From: Seison nebaliae
Lineage: Eukaryota
DNA: 64,000 bases
Direction: 5' to 3'
Assembly: GCA_023231475.1 (NCBI GenBank)
Contig: JALJEE010000252.1
Coordinates: forward strand, 1 to 64,000
The notes below the pieces were generated by a model. The model did no database searches. It was given only the letters and a program-made list of their open reading frames with translations, and had not been told where the DNA came from. Position numbers and translations under genes: made by a program. Positions 13,904 through 26,761 of this stretch are shown here, one piece after another (positions within the stretch are counted from its first letter, which is position 1; the number at the start of each line of letters is the position of its first letter).

Positions 13904-16789
13904 TCAGTACTCGATACCTTTCGATGATTGGATTATGTCATTATAGACTAAATATAATTTAAGAGCATCTGGTAATGGCAATTGAAAGATGACTTTCAAT
14001 GCTTCCTCACCCTCATCAATGACACACACTTCATCCGATGGAACTAAACCAGTACTTAAATGATTGGATTTATGACATTTCCGATTGAACAATAAAGTGG
14101 ATGAAGGAGTTTTATGGAAAGCGAAAACATGTCCTAATTGTTCATTTTTTTTAGAGAAAGCGGCATGTATCACTTTAGCAAACAACGTCTCTTTCTCTGA
14201 CTGATTTGAGAAATGAGATTGATCGAATAAATTCAAATCAAATAATTGTTTCTTTTTTACTCTTTTTGGAATTGTTTTTACATTCCCATTCTGATGATGA
14301 TGATTAGTAATTGATTGAGAGATTTTAAAGAATTTTAATGCCATATCATCAATTAATGGTTTCATCTCATTCTCTTGCATTCCATACAAGTCAACACTGC
14401 TACTTCGACTAAAGAGACGATGTCTTGAGCCCGATAATTCGTCATCTTTATCTCGTCGTCGTTTCAAATGAATTAATTGTAGAATTGTTCTCAAACACAT
14501 TCGACGACATAAAGACATTAATGAGGGTGGCGATTGATTCCATACATTACATTTATATAAGGAAATATCGCCCGTATCCTTCCCACAATAAATGAGACCA
14601 GTCGCCATAATCGTCGTCAATCTTATCCAACGACTTCTCAACTCGTCAAGTTGTTGTCGTAAATGAATAGTGAAATTTTGTTCATCTTCATCATTGACAA
14701 AAGTTAAAATTGAATTATCACGAATTTGTTTATTCCATTTTTCAATGAGACAAGTTGATAAAAAATCGGTAAAATTCATCCATCGAAGTAATTGAAGATT
14801 ATCTTGAATGACACTCAAATCAAAATGTCCACCATCAATTCCTATAAGATATTGGAGAATTGAATTAACTCCTTTCATTTTGGAGAGTAAAGATAAAGAA
14901 TGATTCGATTGATAAATTGAAGAATCGTTTAAATTTGATAATTCATGTGGATGTTGTTGTTGATGATGACTCTCATCGATTGTAGGACAATGTCTTAAAC
15001 AAATACTATATGGTCGACTATCGATCTTCATTTCACCTACACATTTCTCATCCGAATATAATGACCAAATTCTCATGGAACAATCGTCACCAATCGAAGC
15101 AATATGAATTCCATCAGGAGTGAAAGAAACTTGTCGAACATAAGCACCATTCTCTCCACCAGCATACATCAACGAAGGTGGAGGTGAAATATGAGAGAAT
15201 TTCTTCAAAGCAATCTTTTGAAATATACTCCAAACGATGATATAAGAATCGTATGAACCGGATAATAATAAACTTCCATCATCTGAAAATTTAACACTCG
15301 TAACTCGATTATGATGACCACTCAATTTCGTATAAAGTTTTTCTTCAATCATATCCCAAACATTGATCTGATGATCATCACCACCAGACGCTAATAATGA
15401 ATCATTTGGAGACCATACACATGATCGAACTGCTGATAAATGACCAGTCAATGTTGGTGACATATTTCCATCTTTCAATAAATTCCAAATTTTCACCGTA
15501 TGATCTTCGGAACAACTAGCCAATTTGGCAGAATGAAATGAGGCAAATGACAGACAAGTAATTCTTCGACGATGATCATTCAAAAGAAATAACAATTTAC
15601 CAGTAACTGCTTGGAAGACTTTGATCTGTCCATTTTCCGTTCCAACAGCTAATAATAAATCGGATGACAAATCTGGATTCATAAAACTAGACGATCGTTT
15701 TTTTTGTTCTGCAAATACTTCCCCACCATCATCATTATCATCATCATCATCATTCTGATCTGATACAGTTTTCACTTTTATCGATATATTTTCATTTAAT
15801 TCATTTCCATTTTTCATGTTGTTGTTGATTTGATTGATGGGAATATTTCCATCGATATCAGTTTGATTCATTAATTCTTGTTCGATCTTTCTTCCTCTCT
15901 TATCATATTGGACGAGTGATTCAAATTTGTTCATTTTCCTTTCCGCATAAGAAACCATTGTCGATGGTGTAAATTGATCTTGTTCCATTGAATTCTCCAT
16001 ATCACCATCATTTCTCATTTCTTGATCATTGAATTTGATATTAAATTTTCCATCATCATCTATTATTGTTGGTAAATTATTAGAATTATCATCTAAATTC
16101 TCCATTAATTCGTTCGTTCCGTAATTCATCTGTTCTTTGAACCAACAATCAATGGAAGATATCGATTTGTTAATTGTTGGTGATTGACTGAATGAGAGTG
16201 AAGATGCTTTCTGTGGTAGAAGACTCTTAATATAATGCATTCGACGACTAATTGTATCACGAACATAAACATTATCTTCTCCCTCAATACTCCAAGCGAA
16301 CAATTGACCATGAGGAGAGAAACATGAAGTATTCGTTTTTCTTTTCACATCACTTCTCTTCATACCATTAAATCTTTTCAAATTTTGTAATTGTTCCTCT
16401 GAAATAATATTTTGTTTTCTCTCATCTCGAAAGAATTTGAAAATATTATCAATCTCTTTTTCGAAAAATTGCGACACATCCTTCCAAATCAGACGACCAT
16501 GATCAGCATGAAATTTTATATTCAATGATTCAAACATCGAATCATTCTTATTCATCCATTTCTCATCATCTTTATTATTAGTCGACGTTTTCTCCTGATT
16601 CATATGAATAATTGCATCAACAGCAGCTAAATGTCTTTGAGGAAATTTCTTTTGGATGAAATTTCCCTTCTGACACACTTGCAACGTTTCCGGCAAATAT
16701 AAATTATCATCATCTTCTATCGATTCATCGATGGATGTTTCGGTTAAGTTACATCTCGAATAATAATCACGAGGATCATAAGTTCTCAT
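13904..16789 (-). CDS. WSB1: WD repeat and SOCS box-containing protein (WSB1/2-like), single coding exon, 961 aa
   Basis: WD40 repeats (GH..AVRSCVWSPND, GHHNRVTSVKFSDDG). WSB-typical PPPSLMYAGGENGAYVRQVSFTPDGIHIAS. BC box SLMSLCRRMCLR and terminal LPLPDALKLYLVY. Confidence 0.85.
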   Translation of the reverse strand: MRTYDPRDYYSRCNLTETSIDESIEDDDNLYLPETLQVCQKGNFIQKKFPQRHLAAVDAIIHMNQEKTSTNNKDDEKWMNKNDSMFESLNIKFHADHGRLIWKDVSQFFEKEIDNIFKFFRDERKQNIISEEQLQNLKRFNGMKRSDVKRKTNTSCFSPHGQLFAWSIEGEDNVYVRDTISRRMHYIKSLLPQKASSLSFSQSPTINKSISSIDCWFKEQMNYGTNELMENLDDNSNNLPTIIDDDGKFNIKFNDQEMRNDGDMENSMEQDQFTPSTMVSYAERKMNKFESLVQYDKRGRKIEQELMNQTDIDGNIPINQINNNMKNGNELNENISIKVKTVSDQNDDDDDNDDGGEVFAEQKKRSSSFMNPDLSSDLLLAVGTENGQIKVFQAVTGKLLFLLNDHRRRITCLSFASFHSAKLASCSEDHTVKIWNLLKDGNMSPTLTGHLSAVRSCVWSPNDSLLASGGDDHQINVWDMIEEKLYTKLSGHHNRVTSVKFSDDGSLLLSGSYDSYIIVWSIFQKIALKKFSHISPPPSLMYAGGENGAYVRQVSFTPDGIHIASIGDDCSMRIWSLYSDEKCVGEMKIDSRPYSICLRHCPTIDESHHQQQHPHELSNLNDSSIYQSNHSLSLLSKMKGVNSILQYLIGIDGGHFDLSVIQDNLQLLRWMNFTDFLSTCLIEKWNKQIRDNSILTFVNDEDEQNFTIHLRQQLDELRSRWIRLTTIMATGLIYCGKDTGDISLYKCNVWNQSPPSLMSLCRRMCLRTILQLIHLKRRRDKDDELSGSRHRLFSRSSSVDLYGMQENEMKPLIDDMALKFFKISQSITNHHHQNGNVKTIPKRVKKKQLFDLNLFDQSHFSNQSEKETLFAKVIHAAFSKKNEQLGHVFAFHKTPSSTLLFNRKCHKSNHLSTGLVPSDEVCVIDEGEEALKVIFQLPLPDALKLYLVYNDIIQSSKGIEY

Positions 16790-16967
16790 TCTATTTGATT
16801 GTTATCAGTTGTCGATGTGAGAGGAGTTCCCCTGAAGATAAATTTAAGACAAATAAATGACTTTTTATTTTATTGCAAAAACATAATAAAAATAAACTTA
16901 AAATTTAAAAATTTTTATATCAAAATTATTGTACAAAATATAATACACTCTCAATATACTACGCAAA

Positions 16968-17429
16968 TTATTTCAGAGAATTCATTTTACCATTCGACTC
17001 TTTATCTAATAAAATACGAATTGCCTCATCGCATGAATAATTGTTTTTCACAATATTTCTATTAATTATCTGCTTTAGTGAATCACATTGCCATCGGTTC
17101 TTTGCTTTTGCCAATGTATCATCTTGTCGTGATGCTCGATCATTTACCAAACGATCAGTAATACGTCCCTCAATATTTCTTAATGGAACTACTAAAGATT
17201 CATTGAAATTGCTTGATAATCCAGTAGTTTGTGCGGTTGGAATTGGTATATTAGATGGGGCGAATTCGTCCAACGGAATCGAAACATCTTCAGGTAATAA
17301 TGCACTGTTAATCCATGAATGATCAACTTTATTCCTTAAGAATTCATAAGATAAATAATCGACATATGATGTGCGTGGCACCGAATCAAGTGATGCACAA
17401 GCGTGAATTTTCCTCTTGTTTGAATTCAT
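16968..17429 (-). CDS. ANAPC13: Probable anaphase-promoting complex subunit 13-like protein
   Basis: VDHSWINSALLPEDVSIPLDEF ... KNRWQCDSL resembles the Apc13 pattern (D..W....LP.EDV.IPL.E ... KW.DL.L), recalled from memory of the family. Intact 153-aa ORF. Confidence 0.5.
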   Translation of the reverse strand: MNSNKRKIHACASLDSVPRTSYVDYLSYEFLRNKVDHSWINSALLPEDVSIPLDEFAPSNIPIPTAQTTGLSSNFNESLVVPLRNIEGRITDRLVNDRASRQDDTLAKAKNRWQCDSLKQIINRNIVKNNYSCDEAIRILLDKESNGKMNSLK

Positions 17430-17696
17430 TCCACATTCGTTTCAATATATCAATATATTATTTTGAAGTAGTCCACTTAAAAGTTGAATGTAGAAAGAAT
17501 AACACTTATTTCTGTTTAAATGACGATTGGTCGTTTGCACATTTCAAATATAATTGAAATTTTAAGCGCAAAAGTATTTCCCTCATTTTTATTAATATAA
17601 ATTAACAAACTTTTATATCTTGTATCTTTACGACCGCTTAAAAAATTTTTTATCGATCTTTTTCATTAACAGAAATCTCGTTATCTCTCAAGAAAA

Positions 17697-18110
17697 ATGT
17701 CGTCTGAATTGAGTTGGGAAATCATTAAGAACAATCATGCATTTCTTATGAAAAGAAATCGACAATTCTTCTCAAAAGAATCGATGAACGTTCTCAATCG
17801 AAACACATTCCGATATAATGGTTTAGTTCATCCAAAAGCTATTTCTGTTCACGATGGACGAAAGAACAAATCGGGTAGTCTTGTGACTGTTACTAAACGA
17901 AATCAGAAATTGGTGAACAAACCAGCTGTATCCACATCGGTCATTGCTCGTCATCGAAATTCATCAACAGTCAATTCAAGAAAAATCCTCCATAAAGTCA
18001 ACAAGCGTATGGTGGAAGAAGATTATCGAACTGATTTACGTCGCCCCGTTCTTCGAAGAGTAACAAAAATCTGCCGATCAAAGGCAGGTAAATCAGCATC
18101 ATCAAAATGA
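17697..18110 (+). CDS. RPL28: 60S ribosomal protein L28 (eL28), no intron in CDS
   Basis: MSSELSWEIIKNNHAFLMKR, FSKESMNV.N.NTFRYNGLVHPKAI, YRTDLRR. Confidence 0.93.
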   Translation: MSSELSWEIIKNNHAFLMKRNRQFFSKESMNVLNRNTFRYNGLVHPKAISVHDGRKNKSGSLVTVTKRNQKLVNKPAVSTSVIARHRNSSTVNSRKILHKVNKRMVEEDYRTDLRRPVLRRVTKICRSKAGKSASSK

Positions 18111-18909
18111 AGAATTAATTAATTATTTAAATTTTGTTAAATTTAATAAAAATTTTTCTTGATTTTTTTTCGATTCTCCATTCAAATAATTGATCAATAA
18201 TAATACTTAATAATTAAATATTAAGTTTATTATTTTGGATTTAGAAAGAAATTTATTATATTATCTTATTATAACTAATTTTACAATCGTTGTTACTAAA
18301 TTATAATATTTAATCATAATATTATATTATATTTTTAGAGATTGTTACTTCCATTTTTACTCGTATCTGTTTAGAGTCTTTTTGTTTGTTCATTTTGTAT
18401 TTATTCATTTTTGTTCAATACTTTAATAATGTTCTGATTATTATTAATGAGTCATAAAGAGTTGGAGATAGGAAGACATAGGAAACATATTTTACTATAT
18501 AACTTTTAAAAGAATGGACACCAATTTCCTATTTCATTTTCCTTTCAATACTATTAAGAGAGTGGAACTGGATTTTCAAATGAACTTCATCATACGATAA
18601 AAAGTTATTAATATTTAGATATTTAATAATAATTATCATTATTATTAGAATCAGAAAAGATTACTATTATGTTGTCTAAAATCAAAATAATTTAAGTTTA
18701 AGATTAATTACTAATTAATTAAGTATGAAAATATTTTATTTCAAAGAAGACAATGTATGATAAATATTCTAAATTTATGCATAATTTAATATCTAATTCG
18801 AAATGGATAAGAATTAAGTTAATACGTTCTAGAAATAGATCAATTAATATAATTTGAAATTCATCAAGATCTAATTGTTGTTCAAGTTTTTTTTCAACTT
18901 AAGAAAAAT

Positions 18910-19926
<1,017 letters not shown>

Positions 19927-20894
19927 TTAAAGTGAATTCGATTCGAGAAAGAAAAGTAAATTGGGTTCTAATTCAAAAAGAAAATTTCGATTATTAACAA
20001 ATTTACAATTCACTACGATATTTATAGAAGCGAAGATAAATGTGCGCTTTCCAACTAAAAATTTGTAGAAGCGAAATTTGATAAGAAATAATAAAAAAAA
20101 TGAATTGGATTGAAGAATGGTGAATGGAAGAGACGGTAGAAATAGTTCAGAATAATGAATGTAAAAGAACGTTGCAACTGTTATAAAAGGGAAATTTTAG
20201 TAGCATAAAGTTTTTTATGGAGGCATTGAATGTCGAATCATCTTTTTCTGCAACAGCGTCCTTTTCTCAATAATCATCTACATATTATAATTGAATGGAT
20301 GAAGGAATATTCCATTCAAATCGCTAGCTTTTGATTAAAAGGTGAATGTTTGATTTGTGGCTTATAATGAATCATCATTTACCGATAACTTTTAATCTCT
20401 TACCATATAATAATTGGCCATGAATGGATGTATATGTATACAATAATGTATGCACATCATCCTTAAACGACCAATTATTAACTGCTCTCCTTATGCACCG
20501 AATGATGATTCATCCTTAATCATTTCAAATAAATTAACGATTCTCATGACAATTAAATGTTCTACTCTTGACACGTTTCCAATATATCTAACGAATATTA
20601 TAAATTATTCGATATACCTAAAATTTTATCTGTTCTTTTAATTGGCGCATTTACACATTCCTATTCATCATTCACTTCATCCTATTCGGATCATAATAAT
20701 TGTCTTTAGTTGTTGAATTACTAAAAATAATCAGAATGAGTTAGTAGAATTATTCTGTCTCAATTACAATCATGATGATAATTATAATAATACTGATAAT
20801 TATAATTATTTTGGATTATCCAATCATAACTGGAGATAAGATAATTAGGATCAGGAAGAAACCTAATTGGGTAATTAACTAATTAATTATTAAA

Positions 20895-21699
20895 ATGTAT
20901 AGATTCATCCAGTACAATAGTTTAATGGAATTTATATATAAATTGAAAGGATTTCTTTCAATAAATTATCAAAATTTATAATTATTCTTTCAATATCTTT
21001 TCAGCAAGTTCCTTCGAAATGAATAATACTTTGAATAACTACAATCTATTCGATAGGAGATACAATAAAGGCGATGCGATAGTGAAAGATTGTCATATGA
21101 TTTTATTCAGATCTATTGACTACTTCCTAGTCAGTAGACATATAGGCAAATATGAAAATTACTTGAAAATTCTGAAACATATGAAGACGATGTTCTTCCA
21201 GTTACCGATCAATGAAGTCAAATTACAAATAAATAATAAACATTACTATTTATATACGAATTTTGGGGAAAGCAAAGAATCAGAACTACTTCTATTACTT
21301 CATCGAGGAAAGGATTATTCGTCGTTCCTTGTAAGAATTTATTCGATTGTCATTATAATTGAGAATAGCGATCAGAATCTTTATCAATTGAATGAAGAGT
21401 TAAGTCAATTCTTTGATAGTAATATGACAGATTATCCTGAAATAACCAAATGCAAATTGTGGGATGTCGTTCCATCAAGTAAACATAATAATAGAAATGG
21501 TCGAATGTATTTTAAACGAATGGAAAAATATTTACAGAAACAGATATTCGATTTACAAATCTTTTCTCAAGATATTGTCGATGGGGAAACGTTGTTGAAT
21601 GTCGATCTTCTGCCTCATGATGGTCATAAAAGTTTTCGAGAATATATCGTCACGGAAGAATTAGGAGAAATTTACAAGATGCCTCATCGAACAGATTAA
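20895..21699 (+). CDS. Hypothetical orphan protein (about 240 aa); probable short first exon 20895-20919 and intron 20920-21004
   Basis: 226-codon ORF in very AT-rich DNA. An upstream ATG mini-exon splices in frame via a GTT..CAG intron. No recognised domain. Confidence 0.5.
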
Positions 21700-23597
21700 A
21701 TGGGATTTGATGATGGGCTCTCTTTTTAAACTGATCAAAATTTTCTTTTATTATTAATTTTCTATTTTATTAAAAACACAAAAATTCTATTTGCTTATTT
21801 TTCTTCCTTATTTCTCTCTTGTTATATATTTGTGATCAATTGATTAGGAAAAGGCAACGCGAAATAAATTTCTCGACATTAAATGAATAAGGAAAATAAT
21901 ATGTGGTACGAGAATATGGCAATCTCTCAATTAATGTGGAATAGGCGAAGTAATTTCATTTAGGAGAATTAGAAGATCAGAGATGACGATTGATTGTGGC
22001 AGTCGCCAATTCAACAATCCGTTTTCTTCGAGAGCAATAATTCTTTTAGTGGACAAGAAAAGACGAATAAAAACATAATAATAAGGATCCTTTATAGGAG
22101 AGCACAATTGACTTTTACATAATATAAGACGGAGGAAAAGAAGATTAATATAAAATAGAACAAAAAAAAGAATAAAAATTTGGTGAAAAAGAAAAAATAA
22201 TCTTTTGAATGAAACTTAAATTATATTTCTTCTGTTGTTCCTTTCCTATTTCCCGATGAAATGTAGAGATGTAGTAGAATTGTATGTGGAGATCAGAGAG
22301 ACGAATATTTTCGAGGAAACCTTTTCTTCTAATCAACCGAAAGAGAATTGTTGGAAGAATATGTGTTGTTTGAGATAAGAGATTAAAAGAAGAATTTCCA
22401 ACTATCAAGATATTATGAAAGATAATATTAACAATTTTATATTAAATGAGAAAAAAAAGATCATGACATTTTTGTTAATTCTTGATATTTTCTATAAGTT
22501 TTTAGTAAAATGATAATTATTCTTCCAAAGATGTTCCCCGTGCAAGGATCGATTTGTTATGTATAAAAATCGACTCACTATATAACGATTGATCTGCATT
22601 TTCTATATGGAACGACCAATAGTCGTAGCGGATATGTGGTGGTATATACATATATAGATATAGAGAGGAGCATCGAGTAATATATCGAAATGTGGAAACG
22701 ATGAGTAAAAGAAAAAGAAGGAGTAGAATATGAAAATCTAGTGCTATTTCTATATTTGTCAAGTTTTTTATATACTCTTCTCGAATGGTATATAGATGGA
22801 AAAGGAGAAGAATATTTTATATATCCATTCATTCATTTATACTTCTCTTCCTCCTCCTCTCCTATATAATATTAATATGTATAATATATTTTATATTAGA
22901 GTATTGAACAATAATAATGTTTTGGCGATGATCACCAATTTCCATTTGACCATTGGTAACATGAGAAGTAAATATTTTGCGAATAAGATTGTGAAGAATT
23001 GGTAAATAATATTCATGTTAGTATAAGAAGTAGATATACTACTTACCATATTCGATGTTGTTGATGTCATTGATGGAGTGTTGACTCATTGGAAAGGCAG
23101 GAGCATACCTAATAATAGGTTAGAAGATTTCATTAGTCGTTACTTTCTTCCTGATTGTTATGTAAGATGGAATATTTCCTTCTCATGAAATTGGAGTGAT
23201 AAATAGAAATGAAATGATTTGTTGAGAATCTCCCCCTTCAAATGGACAACGTTCGAATGTGTTAATAAATATATTATAGTTAATCTCTTGGAAATTTTAC
23301 ATAAATTTTTCATTTCTCCCACTGCACAACACACATACTTGAATAGACGAACGATTGAGAGATAATAATGGAATTTTATCGAATTCCTTATAAATATTCA
23401 TTTTCTATCAACATCATCATTTTCTTTCCTATTATAATTATTATTTCTTTGTATTACACAATCATTTCTTTCCTTCCTTCATGATATTGATGATAATTCT
23501 CCGATATTAATCTTATAAAAATTTAGAAATATGTTCGTGAAAACGAACTTGAAAGAGTGTGGTTGGTGATTGATTGGTATTAGGTATTAAGGAAGGA

Positions 23598-26500
23598 ATG
23601 TCATCAGTTAAAGTAGCTGTGCGTGTCCGTCCATTTAACAGTCGAGAGATATTGCGTAAAACGAAATGTATCATCGAAATGGATGGACAAACAACTTGTT
23701 CGTTTTTATTTTGTTTATTTTTTCCAAATCCATTTTCTCCCAATTCAGTAATTCAACGACCGAATAAAGAATGGAAGAAATTCAATTTCGATTACTCATA
23801 CTGGTCACATGATAAAGTTTAAATTAGTTCTAATATTTGTATTGATTGAAGTTGTGTGAAGAAAAAAGCATTTATCTCCCAAGAGAAAGTTTATGACGAT
23901 ATCGGCAATGAAATGTTATGTCATTCATTCGAAGGATATAATGTTTGTATATTTGCTTACGGTCAAACTGGTTCTGGGAAGAGTTATACGATGATTGGAA
24001 CTGGAAGTGATGGGAAGAATAATGGAATAATTCCACGAATGTCCAACGGATTATTTAATCGAATTAATGCCAATCCATCAATCGATTTCACTGTTGAAGT
24101 CTCTTATATGGAGATCTATTGTGAGAGAGTTCGCGATTTATTAAATCCGAAGAAAGGAAGAAATTTAAAAGTGAGAGAACATCCACTTTTTGGACCATAT
24201 GTCGAACATTTGTCAAAGATTCTCGTTCGAAGTTATGAAGATATTCATAAATTGATTGATGAAGGAAATAAGTCGAGGACAGTTGCCTCTACTAACATGA
24301 ATGAAACAAGTTCGAGATCTCATGCCGTTTTCACCGTCATTCTCACACAAAGAGAAAAACAGAATTTGAAAAAAGAATTATCATCCTCATCATCGATGGG
24401 TGGAAGTGATGAGAAGAATATAATTGAAAATGATGATGATTTAATTTCAACTGAAAAAGTAAGTCGAATATCATTAGTCGATTTAGCTGGTAGTGAACGA
24501 GCTGAATCGACCGGAGCTAAAGGACAACGATTAAAAGAGGGAGCGAATATCAATAAATCGTTAACTACTTTAGGACTCGTCATATCGGCATTAGCTGACG
24601 TGTCATCAAAGAAGAGTCATGTGAAACGATCGAATGATTTTATTCCATATCGAGATTCAGTTCTCACTTGGATTCTCAAAGAGAATCTTGGTGGTAATTC
24701 GAAAACGGCAATGATCGCTGCAATCTCTCCAGCTGACATTAATTATGATGAGACTTTATCGACATTGAGATATGCTGATCGTGCAAAGAAGATTGTTTGT
24801 GTAGCCATAGTCAATGAAGACGCTAATGCCAAATTGATAAGAGATTTACGTGAGGAGATTAATCGACTAAAAGATATGTTGAAGATTGATCATCATTTAT
24901 CTATTGGACCATCATCTCCTTCGGAAAAAATGGAAAGAAGTGAAAGTGATTGTGAGAATACGAATATTAATAATTCAAATAATAAAACTACAAATAACAC
25001 GACTGTAGTCACCACAAATCATAAGAATAATGAGAATAATAAATCGACGAGTCAAAAAGCCGCTCTCAGTCGACTAGAAGAAGATGAACGTTTAGTGAAA
25101 GAATTGAATGAATCGATTGAAGCGAAAGAACAGAAAACTGAAGAGATTCGTAAAGAACGAGAATCCGCTCTCAAACAAGCTGGTGTTGCAACGAAAGAAG
25201 ATGGAAATCTCTATGGAATTTATTCTCCAAAAAATGTTATTTTTTTTTCCATTTATAATTCTCTCAATTTTTCATTCCCATATTAAATTCCATAAAACTT
25301 CCACATAAATTTTTAGACGCCACATTTATTGAATTTGAATGAAGATTCATTAATGTCTGAATGTTTATTGTACTACATCAAAACTGGATCAACAATGTTA
25401 ATTTTTTCAATTTTTCAAATTTTTTATTCGAATTTATTTTTAGTGTCGGTTCGAATGAGAATGAATGTGATATCTTATTATCTGGATCGAAAATTTTCGA
25501 TAAACATTGTGAGTTCATTAATGAATCGAATGTGATTAAATTGAAATTGTTGAATGGGAATGCATTAGTATTCGTCAATGGACATCGTTTACAGTTGAAT
25601 GAGATAAATGAGGAAGAAGAAGAAGAAGAAGATGATGATGATGATCATGATCATAATATTCAATTATCTCATGGAAATCGGATAATTATCGGATCGAACT
25701 ATGTCTTCCGATATGCCAATCCGATGGAGCAGCGAATGAATTCTTCCGTCACCACATACAATTTAACGACATCTCCGATAAATTCGGAGAATCTTCAATC
25801 GTCAGGACCGGGAGAAATGGTACGATCCATATCGATCAGTTAGATGGAAATTTCTCTTTTAAAATTTGAATATTTCTTTTCATCAATTCAAAGATACGGG
25901 AATGGGAGAAACGATGGATTGGTCATACGCTCTCCAAGAATTGTTGGATAATCAAGGTATTGATATACGACAAGATATGAATAATCGTCTTTTGACGATA
26001 GAAGAAGGATATCGACGAGAGAAAGAAGAAGCATCGATTCGTTTCGAAGCTGAACGACGTGATTATGAAACAAGAATTAATTCACTTCAACGTCAAATTG
26101 GAGATATAATGAGTGCAAGTATTATGACATCGATGTTATCCAGTAGTGTCACATTTGATGATTTATTATCATATCAATTAAATTTACAAAAAGAAAATGA
26201 ATTGAATACAAATTTGATTGAGAATGAATACGATTTGAATGAGTTGAACGAACATGACCTCCTGAAAAAATCACCAGAAATATACCGTATTGCTATGTGG
26301 ACATGGAAACGATGGTATTATCATCAATTCACATCATTAAGAGTTTCGTATTTAATTCTAAAATTTTTCACAATAAAATTTATTCGGATTCCTAATATAC
26401 TAATCTCAAAATTGTTCAAAATTCTTTAAAATTTCACTCAATAATCTTTTTCATTATTCAAACTAATAATATCTTATACATTTCTACTAATTCCTTCTCT

Positions 26501-26729
26501 TTCTTTCTCACAGGATTTTTCCATCATCTTATTGCCCATTCAACGATTTTCGGTATTTAAATTTTTTTTTTTTTCGTGACTTCATTTCATTTCAAATCGT
26601 TCTCTCTTCATTCACTTCTTGACGATGGTGATTATTCCTTGTTGTTGTTCTTGTTTTTCTTGTCAATTTTCTTTTATCGTGTTGTTATCTTTGTCTTTTG
26701 TAATTTTATGAGAATTGTTTAATTATAAT

Positions 26730-26761
<32 letters not shown>

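Noticed and set aside
23036..23050. tacttacc resembling the U1 snRNA 5' end
   Set aside because: No following U1 stem-loops or Sm site. No snRNA, tRNA or rRNA was recognised anywhere in the window.
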